Source: Callorhinchus milii
Taxonomy: Eukaryota
Direction of reading: 5' to 3'
Assembly (NCBI RefSeq): GCF_018977255.1
Contig: NW_024704742.1
Span: 89,468,001-89,532,000, forward strand
DNA length: 64,000 nucleotides
The notes under the pieces are model-generated. The model was not told the DNA's origin. It was given only the letters and a program-made list of their open reading frames with translations, and made no database searches. Position numbers and translations under genes: made by a program. This document shows, piece by piece, positions 27,278-38,700 of this stretch; the stretch's first letter is position 1, and each line of letters begins with the position of its first letter.

Positions 27278-27986
27278 TGTCCCACAAACCTCTTCCTACT
27301 TCAGATGGTGGCCTGCTGTGAAAGAGGAAAAAATGGCACTGTCTTGCCTCATTTAATGTTGAATAATATTTCTTGTCAACAAAAGAGGGGAAATGAATGG
27401 TGTAACTTTAAACAGTGTGTAGGTTCCAGGGAGATGGTAACTAGAAACCTGCAGAAATTGTCAAATGTCACTGGCATCCATGCTCATATAGTCCTGGTAT
27501 AATTTATAGAAGCAGATAACTCCATTGTAATCAGCCATGGTGTTCTGTCGCTTTCACCCGATTTTAAGCAGCTTTAATCATTTCTCTAACCTTTTTAAAA
27601 GGCTTAATATTTTAACTGGTGAAGGGAAAAAGAAGATTCTCATCAGGATAAGCCACCTCTGAATGTTCCAGTGCATTAGCTTGAAAATATTCTTTGGAGC
27701 TGAAAGCCACTGTGGAATTTTCAAATATTTTTAAAATTAATTAAATCTTGATTGGATTTTTAAAGATTTGCCCTCTGCCAACTGAACCTGCAAACTTCCT
27801 TATCGGATGGAGCAGTTTCAGCAATAAAAGACAAGAAGCTACACCCACAGAGCAGTTCTATTGTTAACATTACTCCTAAGCAGCACATTTAGGAAATTTA
27901 TCATTATGATTTCATTCATCCTTTTTTTTGGTTGTGGGGTGGGTCTGTGTGAAGTTTCATCGTTTAGATGAGATGTTATCCTGAGT
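27278..27986 (+). repeat. Copy B of a ~710-bp direct duplication
   Basis: Aligns by eye with 13040-13750. Confidence 0.95.
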
Positions 27987-28344
27987 CCATCTGCTGTTCC
28001 AGTGGACATCAACAATTCCATGGCACTATTTGAAAAGAGAAGGGAGTTTCTCCCAGTTTCCTGACCAACAATCCTCCAGCTAAAATTGGTCACTCACTTC
28101 ATGGCTGTCTGTGGGACATTACTGTGTACAGATTGGCTGCCATATTCACCTATAAAATAGTCTTTACACTTTACAGTAATCTTGCATTTTATATATTACC
28201 TTTCAGGTCAGGAGGACTTCCCCAAATGTATTCTAAAGTGGAGTGAATGTGTGTTTTGTGGGCAAATGCAACAACCAATTTTCATACAGCAACATCCCAC
28301 AAATATTCATGGAGTGAGTAACCAATTTTACTTGGGGAATTAAA

Positions 28345-28670
28345 AAGGATATTGCAGCAATTGAGAGGATACAGAGGAATGCAACCAAAAATAATTGAGG
28401 GGATAGAGGGATAAACTGGGCATGTTCTCACTGAAGAAGAGAAGGTTGAGGGGTGACATGATTACAGTCTTTAAGTTTCTGAAGGAAATAGATAACGTAC
28501 ACCATGATAAGCTGTTTTATCTTGTACTGAACAGTAGAACCAGAGGACATGGCCTACGATTGAAGGAGGGTAAATTCAGAATAAATCTACCAAAGCACTA
28601 CTTCAGTGAGCGATTAGTCAACTTGTGGAATAGGTTCTCTATGGAGACAGTGGAAGCAGAAAAGGCAGAT
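28345..28670 (+). mobile_element. CR1 LINE ORF2 C-terminal fragment
   Basis: MFSLKKRRLRGDMITVFKFLK...RTRGHGLRLKEGKFR...YFSERLVNLWN is the typical CR1 C-terminus. Confidence 0.9.
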
Positions 28671-28919
28671 TAACGTCCACCAGAACAGGCACATGTGGGA
28701 TTGGTTTAACTTCTCATTCGAAGGACAACACCTCCAACAATGCAGCACAGCCCAGCATTGCTTCGGAGTGTCATCTTAGAACCAGCAACATTCCGAATAC
28801 AGTGCTACCCTTGAGCCAACCTGACATGCATTTAGATCCTGTGATGTCCCACAAATGGTCATGGAGTGAATAACCAATTTTGAATGTACCTCACACCAAA
28901 TGCAGCCATTCCACGCTTT

Positions 28920-29400
28920 TGTCAACTTCTGCCTCGACTATTTCAATGCCCTCCTCGTCGGTTCCATTATCCAAAAATCCAACTAATTCAAAATTCCACT
29001 ACCCATATATTCAACTGCTCTAACCTCCATACCCCATCCTTGCTAGCTCCACTGGTACCCTCTCACAGAATAGGGTACCAGTGGAGCGAGCAAGGATGGG
29101 GTATGGATCATAGAATAGATCAACTTCAAGTTCCTCATACTTGTCCACAAATCCTACCCTGACATCCTCACTTTACCACCTCCGCTCAGCTGGCTCTGAC
29201 CTCCTGCTTATCCCTCATTCCCTCCGCCCCACCACCGGCGGCTGTGCTTTCAGCCAATATGCACCAAAACTTTGGCGGTCTTTCTCAATCCTTCTGCCGT
29301 GCCCCCACCTTCACCATTTTCAGATTCATGGCTGAAGACCTTCCTCTTTGACCATGCTCTCCCAACTGACATGGAAAGTATTGTATCAAATATAAGCGTT
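28920..29400 (+). mobile_element. Degenerate L2 fragment containing a 36-bp fold-back
   Basis: KIQLIQNS...ctccactgg...TTGGCAFSQYAPKLW motifs. Confidence 0.75.
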
Positions 29401-29734
29401 ATTATTTTTTAAAACACAGAACTCACAACTACCTGCTTATCTTAATTCATTGCAATTCTTATCACCAAGTTTATTTGTAAGGAAATTCAACAAATTTTGT
29501 ACCAAAATGTTAAATGCTTATTTTGCACTTAGAATGTCTACTTATTGAATCTACAAAACACAGGCTCATGGCTTGCAGCACTACTACAGTGACTTCTTTG
29601 AATTCTGATCTTTGGAATAATAAATTGTTGCTTTGATATAGTGCCTTATCACAGCGTTGAGATGTCTCAAAGAACTTTACAGAACATTGTGAAGTGAATT
29701 GGCTGCGTATTTTGTGGGTGAATATAGGAATGTA

Positions 29735-30060
29735 CAGGACTGGAAGAGAGCACTGCAGTTAGCTGGCCAATGGTTCCCAGAGTGAAAAGATGCACCAGGA
29801 TAGTTGCTGCCCTTACGACAAAAGGGCACAGGTTCAGGGTTGTGAAGAGCAATTTAGGACCAGACAGCAGGGAACCGTTCTTTCCACAGAGGGTAATCAA
29901 CAGCTTGAACAAGATTCCAGGAAGAGTGGCAGAGGCTAGGATGATGGACTCATTTGAGAAACTGCTATAATGAGTAGCCGGTAGGGCGTGTGTTCTGAAG
30001 GATGAGAACAAAAGGACCAAAGAACCTTCTTCATCCAAATGTCTCTTATGATTTCTTGTG
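29735..30060 (+). mobile_element. CR1 3'-end fragment
   Basis: TKGHRFRVVKS...FFPQRVINSLNKIPGRVAEA...SFEKLL followed by a tcttatgatttcttgtga tail. Confidence 0.8.
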
Positions 30061-30558
30061 ATTTGATTCTGTTTGCCTTGCTCAACTGTTTAGAGTGGCG
30101 CTCGCTGAAAGAAGTCCAATTATGCGTGATGGTGAAATTGCTTCTAGTGTTGTGTTTCAAAGTAATCTGCAGCACAGCATGTAGCCTAGGCTGTGTAGCG
30201 TGAACTTGTTTCTCGTGTGTGTTCAATGAAATGCCTTTCTTCTTGCTTTTGTTTTTAGTCCAACTGTGTCTAGCACTCGTTTCAATCTTGACAGTATCGT
30301 CTTACCCTGGACTAGAGATGTACTGTAGATTAAGTGGATTCAGAGATGTGACGCATTGAACTCACAAATTAATGTACTATTCATGTCTGTCAGCCTGGTT
30401 CAATTGGTAGCATTCGGCTCTCGAATCATAAAGATATGGGTTCAAGCCCTGCATCAGGACTTTGAACTCATCATCTGGTATGACATTCCCATGCAGTGAT
30501 GGGGCAGCTTTGTATTGTCAGAAGTATAATCCTTCGATGCTCAGCGCCAAGCCATTTG

Positions 30559-30912
30559 TGGAGTCCTGTAGCGTATTGGTTAGAGCAGTCACCTCGCAAG
30601 CGATAGGACCTAGGTTGGATTCCCAGGCATGGCGAACCATTAGGCAACTTTCTTTACTCCACACGCCTCTGTTTACCTAGCAGTAAGTAGCAACCCGGTT
30701 GTTAGTCAATTGGTGGAATGCTTTTCTGGGGTAATAATCCCCTAAAATAATGTGGTCCTCAATCCACGATTGTTTGTGAGACACTACTGTGTTGAATTGG
30801 CTGCCACATTTTGCCCACAAAATATACAGCCAATTCACTTTACAGTATGCTCTGTGAAGCTCTTTGATGTCACAAAGACGTGATAAGGCACCATATCAAG
30901 TGCAAGATTTAT
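30559..30912 (+). mobile_element. Long (older) variant of the tRNA/Deu SINE
   Basis: Same head and core as the short form, with ~65 extra nt (ctgtttacctagcagtaagtag...ctgggg). Confidence 0.85.
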
Positions 30913-32502
30913 TCTAAGATACAAGATTAATTTGGATGAAGAACATCCTTCAGCCCATTTGATCTCATCTCTCCAGAACACCCAAGCCTCCTGTCTTCCC
31001 ATCACAGCATCAAGCTTTTTTTAAAAATGAGTCCAGTGACCTGGTCTCAATCATCTTTCCTGGCAACCTCTCAAAGGTTTTGTACATTTCAAGATGAGAC
31101 CAAAAGAGCCTCCATATTATTCATTCCAGAGATCAGTTCCAGAGGTTACAGGCATTTTGCTCAGTAGCTTAGTAAAAACACCTCAAACAGACAGTACTCC
31201 CTTCTCCTTACAATTAAGGAAGTAAGACAAATTGTATCTCTCACCTTCTAAAGGTAATTTATTTGCAGTAGTTATAATTGCATCTGGACAAGTAGAGAAA
31301 GAGGTGTCAGCCTGCCTCAAGTAGTAGCACTTTCTCGAGTCCAAACTAATTTAGGTTCAATCCCCAAGTTGGGACTTTGAATTTGTAGTAGAGGCTGACA
31401 GTTCAATGTGGTGCAGGGCAAGAGCTGCACTGTCAGTGGTGCCGTCTTCAGATGAAATGTTGCTGATGTGGACCACTAAATTTGAAAAGAAATGCCTGGT
31501 CAACAATCCCGCACATAACATTAGGCATTTACTTTGTGGCTGTTTATTTTTTGTGAGCAATTGGCTGTCTACAAATAGTCACTACACTGAATAGTAAATC
31601 CTGAGAAGTGCTTTGAGATGCTTTGAAACATAAAGATTATTTGAGATTTTCTCAATATACATTAAAGTACAGCAATTAAATACCCCTAAAGAGAAGAGGA
31701 AACAGTTAGCTCTCTAAAAAGCTCAATTGCTTTATCTGGTGTTGCACACATTTTGGGTTACACACATCAACATCTTAAGTCTTTGCATTCCTGAATAGAC
31801 TAAAGTTATTCAATAAATATATATTTATAATAATCCTGCATGGTGTAATTCACCTTGAAGGTTGATGGTGCATTATTTTATCTCTGCTGCTGCATCCTGC
31901 CTCAGTGGTCCATCTCTTCTAGGTAGAAATCCTGCCTCAGAAGCCTGCAAGCGCACCGGGACACTATCCTGTGTGAAGGGCGCTGTTTAAATACAAGTTG
32001 TTGTTGCTAACTATGACAGTGAGTCAAACAGAGTCAAAGCTAAGTGCCATCTACTTATATTTATGCTTTTTATCTTTTTGAGTTTAAAAGATGATCCAAA
32101 GTCTGCTTCCTTCAAAGCGACCCACAATTTCTTCAAACTCTGATAACTATGGCTGCTGTCGAGGCAATGTATGACAGCGCTCAGTCCCTTGTGCTGCAAA
32201 TGGTGTTTACTGATGAATATCTTTTCATTAGCATTCGTGGCTGCATTTAATACAAGTCAGTGAATTAGATATTTACTATACTTTGAATGCCACCCGTTAA
32301 TTTGAGAACTGCTGGAAGCACTTGTAAAACAAAAAAAAGCTCCATTTGATTTATTTTCTCACTGTAGGTTTCTATAGAGATTTTTATTCATGATAAACAG
32401 ATTTCAGTCACACTGAATTTTTTTATGTCTTGAGCTCTCTCGTATCCCCGGTGATCATTTGAGATTGTGGAGCATTGAATAAACAACAAACAGAATTTAT
32501 TT

Positions 32503-32820
32503 GGGACCTGGGTGACGCAAGGAGATCGAACACTGTCCTTTTACATCTAGAACGTGGATTCAAATCCAGCCAGACAGATGGGATGAAAGTCTTCTGTCTG
32601 TAATGATCTTAAATGAGTTTCAATCCAGTTCCCAGTGGACGCGAGTCCACAGCCGAAAACTGCCCTCTAATTTGCAAGATCTGGCACTGCTACAGCAATT
32701 TCCCTAAGAGAGGTTATAAGAATTACCAGCTTCTGAAATTTAAGTAACTCTCATTCTATAGGGATCTGTTCATGATATTGGTTCTGAAGGCCCGCTGTCA
32801 GCATAGCACAGAGGAACGTT
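32503..32820 (+). mobile_element. LF-SINE-like element
   Basis: Ordered motifs ttcaaatccagcc, gaaagtc, aaatgagtt, tccagttcccagtggac..gtccaca..aaaactgcc, agagagg resemble the LF-SINE consensus as I recall it. Confidence 0.7.
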
Positions 32821-33285
32821 ACAACAGATGGTGTAATTTGTGACTATTCAAAATTGAAATCAATGGTTATATTTTTGGCTGCATTGCCAGGTCTCTGTTT
32901 CAGCAGTAATGCTGTGTACATTTTATCCCAATTTCAGATGAGATTTTCAATATTATTTTTTTCCCCTTCCTTGCTCTTTCTCTTCTAGACATTGGGACAG
33001 TTCATTCTGGGCTTGGGCTCTCCTGGTGCTGGAAACTAGTAGCTGTTTTTGCACGCCTGAGCCAAGGCAGTGATTGCCACAAGTTAGTCAACCATGGAGG
33101 TCATTGCAAGCTTAAACCTCTCCTCAAACTAATAGATGAGATTAGTTAAATTAGAAAAGACTAGGGATCGAAACCTGGGATTTTCCTGGTATGTGTAGCT
33201 CAGTGTCTCATCTGCAGCATCCAGGTAAAATGCAACAACGCTTTCTTCAATTCTAACCTTGCCCTGACTAACCACAGATCCCTTT

Positions 33286-33490
33286 TAATAATAATCCCTC
33301 CAAAACAAAACAATAATAAATTGGTCATTTTAAATCCACGACTATTTGTGGGACACTGCTGTGCGCAATTGGCTGCCGCGTTTCGCCCACAAATATACGG
33401 TCAATTCACTTTACAATATATTCTGTGAAGCACTTTGAGATGTCGAGAAGACGTGAAAAGTGCTATATCAAATGCAAGGATTATCATTAT
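33286..33490 (+). mobile_element. 5'-truncated tRNA/Deu SINE
   Basis: Begins at taataataatccctcc; Deu core and tail present. Confidence 0.88.
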
Positions 33491-33896
33491 TACCCGCACA
33501 GACTGTCAGCTATTGTATGCTCAAATCTTCTTCCAGAACATTGTTCGTAAATGTTAATTATGAACTCAATAATACGGTGTAGAAGTTTGAAAGAATATAA
33601 ATCAGCTTGAAATACAGTTTCCAATGTTTTTTTTTTGGCTTGTGCTGTGCCCAATTTTTCCTCCCACCAGACTGAGTGTCTCCCCACCGTTAACATTTTA
33701 TTTGGTTAGAATCATAGAAATTGACAGCACAGAAGAAGGCCATTTGACCCATCGTGTCTGCTGCCCCTTTTAAAGAGCAGAGGAGGGTGAGATGCTCAGC
33801 GTGAGACAGTTTTGTCTGCAAGTATTTCAGTAGGCAATATTGTAGTGACCTGCCCGCCACCCCCCCCACTTCCCCCACCAAGCCAGGCAGATACAG

Positions 33897-34036
33897 AAGC
33901 AAAATACAAAATACTGCAGATGCTGGAAATCTGAAACAAAAACAGAAGTCGCTGGGAACGCTCAGCAGATCAGGCAGCATCTATGGAGAAAGAAAAGTGA
34001 GTCAACATTTCAGGTCCACAAACCTTTGTCAGAACA
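33897..34036. mobile_element. Penelope-like terminal fragment inserted in an unnamed repeat
   Basis: aaaatactgcagatgctggaaatctgaaacaaaaacagaa...ctcagcagatcaggcagcatctatggaga resembles a common chondrichthyan Penelope-type repeat (recognition only). Confidence 0.55.
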
Positions 34037-34786
34037 GGTACGGATACGGAACAGATACGGTAGCAGTGAGTCTCATCTATAACACAGGTTTAATCTCTCA
34101 GAGGAGTGGGGGTGGGGGGAAAATCTGCAACACAACAACTGTAGAGGTGCGCAGGCACCTAAGCTCGCACACCAATGTCTGTCACCCCCCACTCCCCTCA
34201 CCACACATACACACACAGGCCAGAGCCTCCTTCATGCAGCCCTGGCCCCAGGCACACAAAAGAGAGATGGGGGCATCGTCACCTCCTTAAGATACCAGAA
34301 GCTCCACCCATCGAGCCTCTACAATGTTTGAAATGTCCATTGCCCTTACAACACTACAGTCACTGCATTAACTGGATTCAGTGACAGCACATGTCTTATC
34401 TCTACAATGTTTGAAATGTGCTTGGGATAGGAACAGAAAGCTACAGGGTACTGGTTTGCCAGCTTGGGGGACAACACATCTATTGAAGGATCCCACACTG
34501 ACACGCTCTGGATATGCGGTACATCAACTATATAAGGTGTTGATGCTCAGCTCTTGCAGAAGAGACTTGAATGGAGCTGAGTGAGTTCTGAATGGTTGCA
34601 TCTCAGGACTGTGAGGACATGGATTTCTGTTTTATCACCATTAATAACAATAAACTTTTCATCTGATGTAGAGTCAATAGTTCAAAAACATCTCAAAACG
34701 CTTCACAGGTAATTACTGTCAATTGTAGTAACTATGTATTCAGAGATCGCTTATTTGTGTAGAGCTTATCCACATACATCCATGAA

Positions 34787-35525
34787 GTGACTGACCTTGG
34801 CATTCTGTTCGACCCTCAACTATCCTTCAAATCCCACATCCATGCCATGACCCACTCCCGTTTGTCCCCACCTGCGCAACATCGCCCGGCTCCGCCACTA
34901 TCCCACATCGCAGGCTGCCAGGACCCTCCAACATGCATTCATAACATCCAGGCTTGCCTACGCAAACTCCCTGCTTGTCAACCTCCCCAACTCCTCCTTC
35001 CATAGGCTGTAGATCATCCAGAACTCTGCAGCCTGTGTCCACTTCCGCACCAGGCTCCGCGACCCTATCACCCCCATTCTCGCCTGACTCCACTGGCTTC
35101 CCATCACACAGTGGATACAGTTCAAGATCCTGGTCCTCACTTTCAAATCCTTCCATGGTCTTGCTCCCCTCCACCTCTGCGACTTCCTAACACCCTATCA
35201 TTCTGCTCGTTCCCTCCGCTCAGTGGGCTCCGGCCTGCTTCACATCCCACGCCTTGTCCTCCCCACCATTGGCGGTGGGCCTTCAGCCACTCTAACCCCA
35301 CCCTCTGGAACTCCATTACGCAGTCCCTCTGCCTCACTCCCTCTCTTGCCTCCTTCAAGACCTGCCTCAAGAACCCTCCTCTTCAACCGTGCCTTCGGTC
35401 ACCCTCCTGCCCCCTGTGCCTTCCATCCTTCCAGATCCCGACCCTCAGCTCGGATCCGAAACACTGATAGTCCAGCGCCTTGGGACATCCTCCTGACGTG
35501 AAGGGCGCTATACAAATGTAATACA
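34787..35525 (+). mobile_element. L2 3' fragment (~740 bp, frameshifted)
   Basis: DLGILFDPQLSFKSHI, lhwlp and GLLHIPRLVLPTIGG motifs followed by the L2 tail. Confidence 0.92.
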
Positions 35526-35630
35526 GTATTGTATGTATCCGGAAGATTCTTGGCCAGGACACCGGGAGAAACAACCAGCTTTTTTCAAGTAGCGTCATGG
35601 GATCTTTACCATCCACCTGAGCAGGTAGAC

Positions 35631-35756
35631 CTCCTCACCTACAAGGCCATTCACGGCCTTGCTCCCTCCTACCTCTCCAACCTTCTATCCCCCTACCTAC
35701 CTGCCCTCCTGACGTGAAAGGCGCTTTATAAATGGAATCTTGTTGTTGTTGTTGTT
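35631..35756 (+). mobile_element. 126-bp internally deleted L2 insertion with 6-bp TSD (gtagac) inside a DeuSINE
   Basis: TSD at 35625-35630 and 35757-35762; host SINE is continuous on both sides. Confidence 0.85.
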
Positions 35757-38700
35757 GTAGACGGGACTTTGGCTTAATGCCAAATCCGCAGAATAGTACC
35801 TCTGACAGTGAAGTACACCCCCAGTACTGCATTCAATGTCAGCCTAAACTGTGAGCATGGAGAGCAAATTACCTCCAAGGTCATTAAGTTTCCCCGACCA
35901 AATTGTTCAGTACAGGACAACCGCATTATAACAAACAAAATTATTTTTGTATAGCACCTTTCATGTCGGGAGGACGACCCAAGATGCTGGACAATCAGTG
36001 TTTTGGACCCGAGCTGGGGGTTGGGATCGGGGAAGGTGGGGGCGGGGGAGTGGGGGAAGGAGGGTGATCAAAGGCACAGTCGAAGAGGAGGTTCTTCAGA
36101 CAAGTCTTGAAGGAGGCAGGGGAGGGGCGAGATGGAGGGACTGCGGGATGGAGTTGCAGAGGGTGGGGGCAACTCGTGCCCTATTCAGGGCGAGCCTGCT
36201 TCTAGTGCAAGCTGCGGATAGAGGCATGCTATGGTGGAGCTGGCGATGGCTAGCCAGATTCATTCACATGCAATGAAGACCTCAGTTTCACTGAACTGCG
36301 ATCTCCTTCACAATGTCTTTATTCACCATTTTCCACCGTTTCTCGCACATTAGGTTACATTTGTTTTCCCCAGTCTCTCCTGCTTCATAGACCCGTAATG
36401 TAATAATTTAACTTTGATGTATAAACTTAAGGTGATTCATTGAAATACTCAGCATTAGATATCCCGGCAGTAAATGTTCACAGTTTCTGCTGGGAAACTG
36501 CCTAATGTGACTTCATGCCGTAAGGTCCAAAATTGTCCCCAACCTTAAATTATTTATTTGCAATAAAATGTGATCTGATGAAAATTCCTATCAGTATTCA
36601 TTGTTAACAATTCTTATTCAAGCCCCGGTTTCTTCTGCCCTTAGTAATGGTGCAATCCAGCGCCTTAGCACATCCTCCAGATCTGAAAGGCGCTAGACGA
36701 ATGTAATTTGTATTTTGCATTGTTGGGTCCATTCAAGGCATTTCATCAGAAACTTTCTATTTTTTGTGTGTCAGACCTGTCCTATTAAACATAACAGAAT
36801 TCCATTCCATTGTCACTCCATACTCTGAAGTCCATTAGAATTTGTTTTGACATCTTCGCAAGTGTGAGGAGAGAATCTGAAAAAAGTGATAATGGAAAAA
36901 CAAACATCTGGAAGGAATGCGAGAAGCCCTACGCAGATCCGAGCCTGTACCACAACAGCTGGCTTGCCGCAGTGAGGCTGCTGCTTGGTGAGACTGCTAT
37001 ATACGGATCTGTGAACACAGCTAGTTCTGGTGCCATTCATCTGCACCTGACAAGTCATTCCCCAATCAGCACAAGGGTGTCGCAAGCTGTAATTCATCTT
37101 TACTTTTACTGCGTCCTCGAAGCAGATGCAGTGAGGAATTTTAGCCGGCGAGCTTTGCTAAACCTAGGAACAAGGGGCTGAAATTGCTGTTTACTCAGGC
37201 TACCAAACAGCATGCAAAGGTGCTAGTGGGATGAAATCTCAATTTGCACCTTTGCAAGTATTTGCATAATTGTTGCAGATTGTATATTGTTATTTCAGTT
37301 GAATATTACCAGATGAAACCTGGAGCTAACGTGAAAAATGCCCTTACGCCTTACAATAAATGCTGTATTTAATCTAATTCACATGGATCTCCGAAAAAAT
37401 GTCTCTATGTCTTTCGAACTGGTAAAGAATGTGGGTGGCTGAATTTGCAGTGGAGATGTGACTGAGAAAGAAGACTCTCGGTTTTGTGGTTAGCTGAATG
37501 GCTAATCATGATGTTTTAATGAGCATTGTAAAGTGTTTATTTGAGATCAATCAAATAGGATTGTGGCCCTAATGTTTCTTTCAACCACTCATTGAGATTA
37601 TTATGTGCATCAGCTTTAGTCTAACACGTGAAGGACTTTTTTGTTCCTTTTGAATTGGTTTTTAATTAAAACACATTTCAGCTTTTCAAAGGTTTCACTT
37701 TTGTTGATGAAAATGGATTGCGTTTTTAAGTCTATCCTGACTTCAGCTTGGTATCTCACTAGGCAGATACCTCACTTCAAATATTCTGTGTTACTCCAGT
37801 AGAGAGAAAATTTGACTCTCATTCAGCAGGGGTGGGCTTGAATTCTACTCTTGTCTGAAGGGAATAACGAGGGGAAAAGGTGAGGAAGCCAGCAAGCATA
37901 ATTATTCCAATATCGCAATGCTAGTACACTATGATCTATCATTGAAATAGAAAGACCACCCTTTTGGATCAACCCTCCACGCATCTTACAATGATAATCT
38001 TTGCATTTGATACAGTGCCTATAATGTTAAAACATTTTAAAGCTCTTCAAGGTGAATCTCTGTAAAGTGTAGAAACTGCTGATGAACAATTCATAAAGTA
38101 ATTTCTCAAAAACAATTAGGAAGCGAATGACTAATTTTATTTAGCCATTCTATTAGTCAGGAATCAAAAGCATCTCCATTCTCTTTTCAAATAGTTCCAC
38201 GGTAGATCTTTAACGTCCACCTCAGCAGGCAGACATTAAAGATCTCAGTTTAACATCCCAGGTGAAGATGGCACCTAGACAGTGCTGTGCTCCCCAAGCA
38301 CTGCAGTGGAGTGTCAACCTGGACTATTAACTCAATGTTCTGATGTGGAGCTTGAACCTATGATCTTTTGACTCAGAGGTGAGAGTGCTACCATCTAACC
38401 CAATCTAACACACGGCATGGAACTCTCCATATGGTTTAGAGACATTTACGCAGGGTGATGGGTCTCAGCGTGTGTCAGCACCCTGCTGACCAACTTAAAG
38501 ATTTCCAATCCTGAACGTCAGCCAGTAACAATCAACCAAACCTGATATTTCCTTCTTTAACCTTGGAGCAAACATAGAAACGAAAACATTTGCAGTGCAA
38601 AAAAGAGGCTGTCACACTGTTACCCATTTGTTTAAGTCACCTTTTTTTATTAATTCCATTTTCCAGCTCTTTCCTTGTATCCCAAAGGATATGTAGTGCT

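Noticed and set aside
13023..27502. Paired ORFs 13023-13265 and 27305-27502 as duplicated micro-genes
   Set aside because: Identity follows from the DNA duplication; there is no recognisable domain or splice structure, and the visible substitutions change amino acids.
33841..34358. TGTAGTG...CACTACA as exact LTR termini
   Set aside because: No flanking TSD, and the right motif lies inside the 63-bp insert between the 20-bp direct repeats.
34787..35525. Functional reverse transcriptase gene
   Set aside because: All L2 and CR1 pieces in the window are 5'-truncated and frameshifted; none is autonomous.
36810..37181. 123-aa ORF (also 23937-24317 and 53122-53418) as exons of another gene
   Set aside because: No recognisable protein similarity or consistent splice pattern; these lengths are expected by chance in 64 kb.
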